The translations under genes were made by a program, and so were the position numbers. Source: Rhizodiscina lignyota (Eukaryota). From it: a stretch of 45,826 bases of DNA. Below, one piece after another: positions 1-11,860 of this stretch. Numbering within the stretch: the stretch's first letter is position 1; each line of letters begins with the position of its first letter. The notes under the pieces are model-generated. The model made no database searches, was not told the origin of the DNA, and saw only the letters and a program-made list of their open reading frames with translations. The stretch covers positions 372,001 to 417,826 of the forward strand of contig ML978140.1 in the NCBI GenBank assembly GCA_010015805.1, in the 5' to 3' direction.

Positions 1-748
1 AATCCCCGGCAGACCTCGGCTTGTCGATCAGCCGGGGTGCTGCGTCTCAGTCAGTGCAGGAAGCGATCAAGTCATCTAGAGTCACGACCGCAACATGAAT
101 AAAATTCGTTCAAGGAAATCAGATTGTTCTCTACCCGTTATGAACATAATTCCGTTGATCCAATGCCCCGTTTGTGCGTGACGTGTGATACTCCGAGCAA
201 CACCGAGAGCCGACCATTAGGATATCGAAACAGGAAAAAACAAGACGTCTTCAGCTTCCATCCCAGCAGCCAGGGCGATAGCCATCGCGAACCCAAAAAC
301 GATGTAGACGCGCGCACAGAGCCGGAATGCTCGTCGCAGCAGAAATACAATGTTAGAATCCGAGAATGGCGGTGCCTCGAAGATGTCACGTATCCGTCGT
401 GGGCAACAAGGACTGCGACTCACGACTAAGACACGAAGACACTCGACAGTGGATGAAAGAGAATTCTCCAACGAGAGTAACTAGCTCTGCTGAAAGAATG
501 AGACGCCATCTGAGCTGCTGCCAGCTAAGCCCAGTGAAGTAAAAGCAAAGTAGACAAATTTGGGGAATGATGCACCGATGAAAACCCAGAACGCCATATT
601 TTTGCTGTCATGACAAAGACACTGATGATGTGGATCGGGGGAGAGGTAGGTACACTGGGTGCAAGAGTGCAGAGGGTGGTCCGGGGCTTCTGTGTATTGT
701 GTCCTCCTCAGGCATTCCCCGTGCTCATGGTAGAGCGATCCAGGCCGT

Positions 749-2421
749 TTAAGAGACATATTCGTCGTGATGCTCCTTGACCCACTGTCGCAGGAGGATG
801 GAGGCTGTTAAATAGTTAGAATTGCTGAGTGATAAGGGATAGTAAGGCACTGACCTTTCATAAACTTCTTGCTGGCATACTTCTTGAAGAAGGCTTCGTG
901 AGCGACGGGACCATGGAGATAGTCGATCATCAGCTCCAAGACAGGTCGAATCTGCTCCTCTGAGTAACCAGCGTAATGAGCAAGGGTGGGATCCTAGTAA
1001 ATGTGTAAGTCAGCCTGATTCTACTAGGTGAAGGACAGATGTCCTTACCCATTCGCCCTTCTCGAGCACAAGGCGCGCGAAGTACATCGCAGCTGCGGCA
1101 ATTTGGCTCGAGGGATATTGCATAAAGCGGTAATCGAGACAGCCAATCTCGAGGAGATATTTGCCAAGAGTACGCGTGTTGATGTCGTAGTTGTCAGCTT
1201 TGGAGATCCTCCGGAGGAAATTCATCGGGTTCGGGTGGCTGAGGTCATAGTCCAGGGTGGAAAGGATGAAGCGCTCGGCATCGAGAATGTCTTGCTCCGT
1301 GAAGCCGTCGTCGCCGGTGACGTGTCTAAAGTTCTGCACGTGTGGCGAAAGGACTTCCTCATACTTTGAGGCGATGAACATGGCGGTTATTCCCACCAGT
1401 TGCAGCTTGTCCAACTGAACGACCTTGCAAGAGAGGAAACGATCGATGATGTTGACGGCAAGGAACATCGTCTCAGGAAGGAGCCGGAAGCGCGTGTGAA
1501 CCTCAAGCAGCCAATCGACGAGGATGCCTCGCATCTTCCACTCCAGCTCTGGCTGATTGTCAATGTAGTCGGGGTTGGCCATGGTCGTCTGCTCAAGCTC
1601 GCGAAGGTACTCGAAGATCTCGCCAACATACTCCGACACCATCAAAGGGTCGTCGTGGTCGTCTGCATCGAGGTCAGGGATCATCTCATCCTTCTCCGCA
1701 ACCTCTTCGATGAGCTTGGCTTCAATCTCTTCTTCGACGACATCCTTCTCCACCTTAACGGTCTTTGTGACCTCGACAGTAGTCTTCTTCGACGGTGGCT
1801 CGACGTTTTCATCTTCTTGAAGGGTCTCTTGCACAACCGACTTTGAACTTGAGGATGATGCAGTGTGTCGCTTCTTCGTCGCGTGGCCGGCAATGCCTGA
1901 CCCACTTGCCGGGCGCTTCAAGTCTGACGCAGCAGTGTTCTTGTCCTTTGAACTTAGTATGGAACGCGTAGAGGCTTGACGAGACACCTTCTGGACTCGC
2001 GTAGGTTGTGCTGCCTTTGAGACGAGACCCTTCTCCGCCAACGGCTTCTTCGCGTCTTTCGTGTTCCGTTCCGCCGGTGCCTCGTTCTTCGCGACATTGC
2101 TGACGTCTCCGAGTGCAGCACGCTTTCTCGGCTGAGCTCCCTTGGATGTTGTTGTTGAGATATTGGATTTTGAGCGCTGAAGGGGCTTCTTGCCCATGTC
2201 AACATTGATGTTGTCGAGTGCTATTCCTTTGCCAGCAGCTTTAGCACGCGTCAAACGCTGTGATCCGGCATTCTCATCATTCTCATCCGTTATGGGCCTT
2301 GTCCGGTTACGTGCCTGAGAATTAGAGTCAGCCACAGTGCATGATAGCTTTGTTGTGTTACACGAGACGAAGCGGTCAAAACATTCCGGAGGTCGAGATA
2401 GGGACAACTTACAGGAGGCAT
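749..2421 (-). CDS. nimE: G2/M B-type cyclin (NimE/Cdc13/Clb2-like), ~489 aa, 4 exons: 2421-2413, 2314-1049, 993-855, 804-749
   Basis: Destruction box RAALGDVSN and cyclin box MRGILVDWLLEVHTRFRLLPETMFLAVNIIDRFLS...ASKYEE. Canonical GT-AG introns join in frame to give MPPARNRTR... and a C-terminus ...AFFKKYASKKFMKASILLRQWVKEHHDEYVS*. Confidence 0.95.
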
Positions 2422-2928
2422 GATGAAGGGTGATGGTAGAGCGATGGAAGGCTGCTCTAAATACGCTTCTGCTATGAGTTAGAGTATGTTCGTCGCGAGT
2501 TATGAGGTCTCTACACGCACGATTACCTAGCGAACAAAGTCAGTCAAAACATCAATGGATGGAAGGAAGGAAGCTTACGATTATGGTCGTCTAGCTGTAC
2601 TGTGCACTAGATGGCTCAGCGGATGTTGAAATGGCTCTTGAAGATGCTGCAGGCACGAGAATGGCGTGCTGTGTTACTGCTATACGCCAAAGCAACGAGG
2701 CGTGAAGCGAGGACTCTGGCGGGTAATTGGGAAATCTCTGTTCAGACTTTAAAGCTCTACGTTAGCAGGTGGACGATGGAAAGTCCAGCGGCATAGCAGA
2801 GAATAAGTAGTCGCGTTGATGGAAGGTTGGAGGGTTTGTGATGATGGAGGGAAGAAGAGCTAAGCTGCAGCGTACCAGGTGCGCGACGTTCAATGTTTTT
2901 CTTGGCAAAGGCGTGGTAGGCGCGGCGC

Positions 2929-3073
2929 TTTCGCGAGTGACGTGCAGCTAGTGCGAATCAACAGAGCGTTGAAACGTGACTGCGAATAGAGGCGTCTCGA
3001 TTCTCAATTGAAAGAAGCGGGGAAATTTGCGATGGTAATGCGTGCTCTCCTGGCGCTTCTGAGTCTCGCGAAA
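2929..3073. promoter_or_regulatory. Two SCB-type CGCGAAA elements in the divergent cyclin/RML2 promoter
   Basis: TTTCGCG at 2929-2935 and CGCGAAA at 3067-3073, with further CGCG cores nearby, upstream of a cyclin gene. Function is inferred. Confidence 0.4.
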
Positions 3074-3310
3074 TTGTGGTTCGCTGTATTCGTGAGAGCT
3101 TCGCCAGTGCGAGAGTGAAGAGTGCTTCCGACTGAGCGAGGCGTCGCGGCGAGTGATGCCAGAGCAACCGAGACCCGCTAGCCTGCAATCGGAATGCCAC
3201 GTGACTGCGTTCCGACCGCGAGGCGCGGACTCTGAAAAAGTTCAAGATGGCACTCGAGCTGCTGCACAGCACGCTCTCGCACCACAGCAGCTCCTCGGCC
3301 GGGAGTAGAC

Positions 3311-4538
3311 ATGCTCCAACCACGATTGCTGAGTCGAGTGACGCCTTCATTATGCAATTGCGTCTTTTCTTCCCTTCGTTCGTACGCGACAGCCGCCGCC
3401 GCAGTTACTGAGTCCTACGTACCTCCAGTCACTTCCACAGAAACAACGCATGCAGTGCAAGGCGGAGGCCCTCGAAGAGACACCGAGACCCAGATCAAGA
3501 CGTACAAGCCTCGGACGCCTGGTGTTCGCCATCTGCGCCGGCCCATTCATGAGCATTTATGGAAAGGCAGGCCATGGAAGGCCTTAACCCAAGCAAAGAA
3601 AGGGCACAGTAGGGGCGGAAGAAACAACGTTGGGAGAATCACTGTTAGACATCGTGGTGGAGGTCATGCGCGGCGTATACGCACGGTCGACCACGTTCGA
3701 AAGGAGAAGGGTCAGCAGGAGGTTGTGAGGATCGAATACGACCCCAATCGAAGTGCTCACATTGCTTTGCTGAGGCACGAGACGACCGGCCGAATGAGCT
3801 ACATCACCGCGGCAGAGGGGATGAGGGAAGGCGATAACGTGCAGAGCTACATGGCAGGAATACCGAAGGATCTGCTCGACAGCATGGGAGGAGTTATTGA
3901 TGCCGGTATGCTGGCTGCGAAGACTGCGCTTCGAGGGAACTGTTTGCCAGTGCATCTCATTCCGCTCGGCACCCAAATATACAATGTGGGGATGACTGCG
4001 AGGGGCCGTGCTGTGTTCTGTAGGAGTGCCGGCACCTACGCCACCATTGTTTCCAAGGACGAGGAGACCGGGGAGAAGAAGATGAAGCATGTCACAGTTC
4101 GCTTGCAGAGTGGAGAGGTGCGGAAGGTGCATTATCTCGCGCCGGCGACTATTGGAGTTGCAAGCAATAAAGCGTTTGCATTCCGACAGCTTGGTAAAGC
4201 GGGAAGGAAGCGATGGCTGGGTATACGGCCCACAGTGAGAGGTGTCGCGATGAATGCCGGTAAGTATCCAATCTCACCATTGGCGAATTGAACTAACTCC
4301 GCGCAGTGGACCATCCTCACGGTGGTGGCAGAGGCAAGTCGAAGGGCAACCGCATTCCCACCAGCCCATGGGGCACTCCGGTACGTCCAATGCAGATCAC
4401 TTATTAATAACATGGAGAGCTAACTACGGTCAACAGGCAAAAGGAGGCTACAAGACGCGGGACAAGCGAAAATCAAACAAACATGTCGTTCAAGAGCGGC
4501 ATAGGAACCAAGGCAAGAGAAGGGTGAAGTCGAGCTAA
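3311..4538 (+). CDS. RML2: Mitochondrial ribosomal protein uL2m, ~374 aa, exons 3311-4259, 4307-4380, 4437-4538
   Basis: L2 motifs [30 protein letters not shown] and [19 protein letters not shown] after splicing. R/S/L-rich N-terminal presequence. Confidence 0.96.
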
Positions 4539-6009
4539 GCCACCGCTCGTCTCTCGTCAATTGTTGTAGGAGCCGATCAATCACGTCGCGCTGCTGAGTG
4601 TATTTTTATATAAAAATGCTACGTGTGCCAAAGAGGCAAGTCGTTTCCTGTACCTGCGTATCTTACTCTGCCTGCCCGGCTGTGAGTCGAATCAGCGTGG
4701 TACGGGCGTAACAGTGCGTCGTCCCCACGCACTGGCACGACTCGTCACCGCTCCCGCAGAGTGCTCGTCGCTGCGAGGCTGCCACTTTCGTCGAGCACAC
4801 ACCCGAAAGATGCGGTGGAGATTTGCCACGGAACGCATGCGGCGCCATGCGGCCATTCCGACCCCGCAGGCTGGCCTTGCCAGTTCGTGTGCATCTCATG
4901 TCCTTAGCCACGATTCCTGGTGGCAGTCCGTCTCTGTGCATCGGATTTTAGCTCGGCTTGCCCGAAATGGTTCGCATCTGCCACTGCCATTGTGAGTGTC
5001 GCCCGCGTAAAATAGCAATGCCCTTCACGTGCCGTCTAGCTGCGTCCGACGCCGGCCAATGGCCACAGCGCGGCAGGGGAGGGTGCGAAGTGTGTGGAGG
5101 CCGTGTGGGAGAGCATCTCGCACCGCTTTGCGCGCTCTTAGTCGGCGATTACAAAGCGAGCAGCGTCGATGACTCTTGCTGTGGAGTCGCGGGCCCTGCG
5201 TGCGAGCATGGAGCGGCCATGGGTGCCCGCCACTGCGAAACTGCATCGCGGCGCCAGATGTCCTGCGCCAACGCCGCCCTTCGGATTGGAGCTGCACAAT
5301 TCGGCGGCAGGCGCCCAAGCAAATGCCAGTGACGACATTTGCGCTTGCGGCCCCCAACTCGCGCTGCAGCGCAGCGATCCTTCGCCCAGCCGCACGCGCT
5401 GTGTCTGCTCGCCGGAGAGTAATGGTGGCATGCTCGAAGGGGTGACATCGGGCAAGTCGATCAATCAGAGGGCAGTGCTCGAAAGGGCGCCTTCGCTTCT
5501 GGCCTTGAGTAAGTAAGCACACAACAACCAGCGATCCAGCACGCCAGCAGCACCTTAAATCTTCCAACCAGCCAGGTGCGCCAGCCCTATCGGTCCCCTT
5601 CCGCACCGTTGGTTCCCTAGGCCCACTCGCAAGGCCCACCTTATTCCTACAAACCCCGTCGTCAGCGGCCCGGGCGTGGGCGCTGCTCCAATTCCCTGAA
5701 TCGACATCAACGCACGTCTTGTAGCCTGAAAGCCTCCCTCACTTTCCTCGTGTCAACAGCTGTCCTCGTCACGACTCCTCCCGCCACAACTTCGATATCT
5801 ACTTCGTCGTGCTCGAGCGGCCTCTACATCCACCCTTTTCGCCGCACTTCCAGCGCGCAGGATCACCCACGGGAGATTCGCGCTGAGCTTAATTCGCCGC
5901 TGGGTCGAAGCGGCATAACTCGCATTCCGCATTACGCTCCACAACGCCCAAGATTTCCAAAGAAGGAACACAGCTCGCAGTACCGGGGCCCTTCTAACCA
6001 TCAGTCACG

Positions 6010-9000
6010 ATGCCGTCGTCTCCGTCTGGCTCGCCAGACGAGTCGTACTTCAACGATCTATCGCAGCAGCCCTCCAACAACTCGACGTCGCAGAATGGCT
6101 CCAAAACGGGCACCTCCAACGGCGACGCTGCCCCTGAGAGCGAAGCGCAGGCGCGCCCGAAGCGGATCGCATGTGTGCTCTGCAGAAAACGAAAGTTGCG
6201 CTGCGACGGTGCGCGGCCAGCATGCGGGACCTGCAAACGCCTCAGCCATGACTGCGCGTACGATGAGGTTCGCAAAAAGAGCGGTCCAAAGAGAGGATAT
6301 GTAAAACTTCTTGAGGCTCGACTACGTACGTCACGATGCCTCGGAGACTTTACTGCAATGGGGGACGCCGTGCTAACCACCAATGCGCTTACAGAGCAGG
6401 TCGAAACACTCTTGAAAAACCAAGATCCCATGGGAGATGTGCAGAGAAAAGGTTCCGATGATGCTCTACCACAATCATTCACCATCCCAACGAGACCGAT
6501 CGTCACCAGCGCCCCGTCGACGGACACGATCAATGTCAACCTATCCAACATAGACCCCCAGCTTCTTCCCCCAGGGACAGGGGCTACAACAGATTCTTTC
6601 TTGGGTGTGAATATGGGTGCCTCTATGGAATCACATGGCGGCGAGGACCAGTTCTCGTGGGAGATGATAGGACTGGGACTTGAGGAGCCTCTCCCCCTCC
6701 AAGAGACGATTAATGAGCTGTAAGCATTATTGGCAAGAAGTAAAGTCTCCGAATTGGCGTTCTAACTTTGCGCAGTCATCGCATTTTCTTTGAGAAGATC
6801 CACCCGTCAATGCCCATAGTACATCGTCCGCGATATCTCGCCGCCATGAACCTGGCGCCGCAGATGAGGCCACCCGTCGGATTACGTTATATGATGTGGT
6901 GCATGGCTGCTTCAGTTACGGACAAATACGAAGCAATGCAAGAGCACTTCTATCACCGTGCGCGGAAATACCTCCAAATGGACGAGATGAGGGGCCACGG
7001 CGAAGCAACCATCACCATTGGAACGTGCCAAGCATGGCTGCTTGTTTCGATGCACGAGTTCAAGCTCATGTACTTCCCTCGCGCATGGATGAGCGTTGGG
7101 CGCGCGTGCCGCCTTGCTCTGATGATGGGCCTCCACCGGTTAGACGGCGCTGGACTCGATGTCAAGCAGTGCATCCCTCCACCACGAGACTGGACGGAGC
7201 GCGAGGAGAGAAGGCGGACATTCTGGATGGCCTTCTGCGAGGACCGGTACGCGAGCATCGGAACTGGCTGGCCAATGATCGTCGACGAGCGAGATGTAAG
7301 CTTGAACCGTGCTACAGGGCTGAATTAGAGTTGTATCCCCTGAGCTGACACAACAAATAGATAATGACAAATCTTCCTGCAGCGGAAGACGCTTTTGACA
7401 AGAGCAAGCCAATGCCTACCACGACTCTCGCTGAAGTGACGAAGCCAGGTGGAGCGGCGCAACTGTCGCAGTTTGGAGGAGTGGTGTTGATGGCTTGTCT
7501 GTTCGGTCGCAATCTCACCCATCTCCACCGGCCAACGCAAGAAGACCAAGACGACAATCTCGAAGGCGCGTTTTGGCAACGGCATCGTGATATGGAGGGC
7601 ATTCTTGCAAACACTGGACTGTCACTGCCAGATCACTTGAGGCTTCCAGCTGGTCTCCCCGATCCGAACGTCATTTTCCTCAACATGAACATTCACACAT
7701 CGGCAATCTGCCTGCATCAAGCAGCGATATTCAAAGCCGATAGGTACAAGCTGCCTGCGAATGTTGGCTCGGAGAGTCGAGTGCGATGCATGACCGCCGC
7801 TGCTGAAATCGCTCGGATAATGCGCATGCTTGTGCATCTCGACCTCTCAAGCGTAAGACTGAGACTTGCATCTTACAAGCTCAATTCGCTAACCCTATTT
7901 ACAGATGAATCCTTTCATTTCATTCTGTCTCTACGTCGCCGCTCGCGTCTTTGTACAATATCTCAAATTCCGACCCAAGGATCAACAGATGATCTCGTCA
8001 CTCCAGTTCCTCCTCACAGCCATGCAGGCTCTGAAGAGGAAGAATCCGCTCACGGAATCATTCATCGTTCAATTAGACTTAGACCTCGCGGGAGCTGGTA
8101 TTGACGTCGGCCAGCCAAAGCTGGACTACTACAATAATAACATCGTTGTGAGTTATCGCCAAAATATGTATAATTCGGCTGCGACTAACGAGATCATCAG
8201 GGCGAAATCCCTCAAAACACCGATTCCGTAAGATGCAGCCCACTATTTGAGATCCGGGATTCACAGAATCCTCAGCAACAGACTGCTGGGAAGCAACAAC
8301 AAGTCCCGCCTGTATATGGGAACCATGGCTTAGCGAAGCATTCGAACCCGGGCTTCCCTGGAACCGACAGTCCAGGGCCTCCATTCCATAATAACCGCCC
8401 GAGTATCAGCATGATTGACCCAGGAAACAGCTCGTCATTCGGTTATCTGAACAACACCCCAGAATCGATGAATCTTCCGAATCGACAACGGACAGGCCTG
8501 ACACCTACCATGGCTGGCGGCACAGTGACTGCTCTCTCCCCATCCTCAAACGAAATGGACATGTCCCCCGACGCGGGCGCCGCGAACGACCAAGCGACCC
8601 CATCTACGGTGGCATCGCGCCAAGGCTCCTCCTCACACACCTCCTACACACCCCCCGGCCAGCAAGACGATCTCACCAAATCCTCCTTCGCCACCGCATT
8701 CGGCACCGTCTCAGCCACCACCTCCTCTGCATCCATCTCCTCCGGCATGCCTCTCGGCCCCACCACCGCCACCACATCCACCGACCAGGCCTTCTTCCCC
8801 GTGTCCAACGAGGACATGGACTTCGCCAACATCAACGCAAACTTCTTCCCCGACTCGGGTGCCAGCATGAGCATGACGGGCCAGACGCCTGCGGCGCTTG
8901 GTAGCACGGAGGAGTTCCAGTTCCCCACGGCCTGGGATATCAGTATGAGTGGCACGGGCGTGAGCGGCGGGACGGGGCTGACGCCGATTGTCGAGCCGAA

Positions 9001-9076
9001 TTGGAATAGTATGATGGAGGGGTGGGAGGGTATGGGGCCGTCGCATACGATGAACGCTTATGGACGGAGGGAGTAG
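6010..9076 (+). CDS. Zn(II)2Cys6 transcription factor with fungal-specific middle homology domain, ~923 aa, exons 6010-6325, 6395-6719, 6776-7295, 7361-7852, 7905-8147, 8201-9076
   Basis: CVLCRKRKLRCDGARPACGTCKRLSHDC cluster and EERRRTFWMAFCEDR motif. Five GT-AG introns with CTAAC/CTGAC branch sites keep the frame. S/T/acidic C-terminal tail. Confidence 0.93.
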
Positions 9077-9970
9077 CGTTGTCAGTGCGACGATATGATC
9101 GGATGGGAGGCAAGGTTTTGAATGACTTGGAATGGAGACGGAATGATATCACCTGGCGCAACATGGGCGTTTTCTTTCGGGGAATGGGTTGCAATATCCG
9201 AACCACAAAAAATGGGTGTAATAAATTCTCCTGTCGCCACGATCGGACACGGAGTGCGGAATCTTCGCGAGAGTTCCGCTGGCGTTCTTTCTTTCTCTTT
9301 GGGAGGGAACATGATTTCGTTGCTGCTCTTATGAGAAGTTCAAACACTTCTTGCGCGCCTGTAGCGGCGTCGCCCCTGGTTATCTGCTGCGCAATGTATT
9401 ATAGCTACATCCAATCTCCACGATGGTGTGTGTCGAAACGAAATCGGAATTAGACTTGCTTCGTGGTTCGTCATCAGGCCAACTTGCTTCGTATTCCTAA
9501 ACGTGCCTTCGATGTCCATAGTAATTATGATGGGTAGACACGAGGGAAAGTCTGAAGATCCCTTGCTGATCTCGTCTGAAACTAAGGCATAATTTCACGT
9601 AAGACGAAGTAGTGTCGTCGCAGTTCATCGAAAGTATACTGCCCCAGCTCGTTGATAGAAAGGTTCATTATCTCCTACTTCAGATACTTCCTCACAGCAG
9701 GAAACGGTGCGCTAATGCCGTGAACAGGCCAAACTCATAAACAAAACTCCAGCAATGCTCTCATCCAAGCCATCCAAAAAGCTCTCGTAATCTTGGGTAT
9801 CCGTATCCCCAGAACCCCCGTAGGTATCCATAGGTATTGTAATTCATGCCAGCCCCCCTTTTCTGTGCAAAGCATCTATGTACAGTGTATCTCTACTGAG
9901 TCTACAATCGTCTATGCGAATGCAAATTCCCCTTCCATTCCATCGCCCTTCGCTGCAAAGATCCGAAAGC

Positions 9971-11860
9971 TCACCAGCACCTCCACAGCAAGTGCGACGC
10001 TCCTAGCCCAACCATCCCGGCCACAGCCGCCAGGAAGAGGCTCTCGCGACTCCACTCCATCAGACTGCCCGCGCCACCTTTCTTCTGCGACGGCGTACTC
10101 GGTCCCGGATCCGGGTTCTGGCTCGCGCTCGTCGCGCTCGCGAGAATCGTCGTCGTCACGCCCGCAATCACAGCCGTAGTCGGCGTGGGATTCGACTTGG
10201 CGTCGCTCTTGTGGTTCGCCGTGCTGAGGCGCGGGTCGGTCGAGTTGGGCAGCACGACAGCGTTGGAGCCGAGCACCCATCCGAGATTCGCGACCACGGC
10301 TTGCGAGTCGCGCACGCGGATGGAGGCGTGGCCGTCGCTGTCGATGCGCACTGTCGTGGAGGCGGCGTGCATGTCGCCGGAGGGAGAGCCGTCCTTGTCG
10401 GAGAAGGTGAGGCCGTTCCACACGGTGCCGGAGGTGGAGTCTGCGCCGTCGGCGGTCAGGGTGGACAGGTACAGGACTTGGTTTTTGAAGTCGGGCAGGT
10501 CGAGGTTGAAGGTGACGCTGTCCTGGTCGCTGGCCGACGCGTTGACCATGATCGAGTTGATGAGCACAACAGATTGGAACGTACCGTGCGCGTAGAAGGC
10601 GTACGCACGGATGTTGCTGTTGCCTCCAGCATCGAGCTCAGCGACTCGCGCTGTGCCGTTGCAGTTTCCGATGAGCTGGGCCATGACGGCCCACGCGTAG
10701 TACGAGGGGCGAACATAAGGCGCGACGCCGTTGCGCTCGACGGGAGCCCAAGGCGCAGACCAGGAGTTGTCCGTCATGTGCATATCGACGGAAGAAATGT
10801 TCAGTATCGCGGCGTAGAGGAAGAAGTTCAGCGTCCACAAGCTCGCGCCGAAGGTGTCACTGATGCCCTGCAGCCCGATCGGACCAGCCGATCCCATCTC
10901 GCGGAGATAGTAAGGGTAGCCGGTACCCAGTGCAATAGCGACTTGCGATGCCCAATATGCGAATTGCGCCTCGGTGTTGTCGAGATCCATCAGATAATCT
11001 AATGTCAGGCCGCCAACGCTCACGTTGACAAAGTAGAAGTAATCGTGTTGGTTCCAACCGACGATGTAAGTGTCGTGAGTGCCGTTTGCAGTTTTGTTGA
11101 TACCGTCGCTCATGAGAAGCGCGATTGCAAATGTCTTGCCTATGGTGCTTGCCGTGGTACCTGGCTCGAAGTAGTTTGAAGAGTAGTTATTCGGCGTCAG
11201 GACCTGATTCGCGACTGCTGCTGCACGTGCCAGCCACTCATTTGTATAATCCAGCCCATCGTAAGTCGGCGGGCGGAAACCATTGCCGAGATAGAGATCC
11301 GGCTCATTTCCAATCTCGAACGAAATGACGGTCGGTGTTGTTACTTGTTTGAGCACTTCTCTCGCTACGGTAGTGATTCGGGTCACCCAGTCGTTTTCAT
11401 TATAGGCCATGTTCAGTCCAAAAACGATGGGAGTTGCCGTAGGAAGCCGGTTAAGGGCCTTGAAGTAGGTATTGCCAAAGAGATTGCGATCTGACGGAAC
11501 ATTCCCCTGTCCTGTTGAATGGGGGTTGCTGACGAGACCCCAGCTGTCCACAGTTGAGTCGTAAACCATGCTGTCCTGCGCATTTCCTCCTATTCGAAGC
11601 TGCGGCGGCACACCAGAATAGTCTGCCAGGTTCTGGAATAGCTGGATTGACAGAGCATTTGTCTGCGAGTAGCCAAGGAACGAGAAGAGATTGGTGGGCT
11701 CAATTCCCATGCCCGCAAACGAAGGCGCAACAATTTGCGAGAGATTGGCAACTGAAGCCCCCTTGGCCGCCGGGGTGAGTGTGATTTCAGAAGCATTCTG
11801 AGCTGAACTGATAGCTGCGAATGAAAGACTGAGGACTGCGAACGGCAGCCGAGACAACAT
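9971..11860 (-). CDS. Secreted, probably GPI-anchored glycoside hydrolase family 79 (beta-glucuronidase-like), 629 aa, intronless
   Basis: Signal peptide, LRIGGN, acid/base motif FEIGNEPDLY, nucleophile region YLREMGS, GISDTFGASLWTLNF, S/T-rich stalk and hydrophobic C-terminus. Confidence 0.88.
   Translation of the reverse strand: MLSRLPFAVLSLSFAAISSAQNASEITLTPAAKGASVANLSQIVAPSFAGMGIEPTNLFSFLGYSQTNALSIQLFQNLADYSGVPPQLRIGGNAQDSMVYDSTVDSWGLVSNPHSTGQGNVPSDRNLFGNTYFKALNRLPTATPIVFGLNMAYNENDWVTRITTVAREVLKQVTTPTVISFEIGNEPDLYLGNGFRPPTYDGLDYTNEWLARAAAVANQVLTPNNYSSNYFEPGTTASTIGKTFAIALLMSDGINKTANGTHDTYIVGWNQHDYFYFVNVSVGGLTLDYLMDLDNTEAQFAYWASQVAIALGTGYPYYLREMGSAGPIGLQGISDTFGASLWTLNFFLYAAILNISSVDMHMTDNSWSAPWAPVERNGVAPYVRPSYYAWAVMAQLIGNCNGTARVAELDAGGNSNIRAYAFYAHGTFQSVVLINSIMVNASASDQDSVTFNLDLPDFKNQVLYLSTLTADGADSTSGTVWNGLTFSDKDGSPSGDMHAASTTVRIDSDGHASIRVRDSQAVVANLGWVLGSNAVVLPNSTDPRLSTANHKSDAKSNPTPTTAVIAGVTTTILASATSASQNPDPGPSTPSQKKGGAGSLMEWSRESLFLAAVAGMVGLGASHLLWRCW

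Noticed and set aside
4663..5639. Many overlapping 90-200 aa ORFs between RML2 and the TF
   Set aside because: GC-rich intergenic DNA giving R/A/C-rich translations in all frames, with no domain or consistent gene structure.
9525..9580. Possible C/D snoRNA (ATGATG...CTGA) between convergent genes
   Set aside because: Box C is imperfect (ATGATGG), with no terminal stem and no recognisable rRNA guide.
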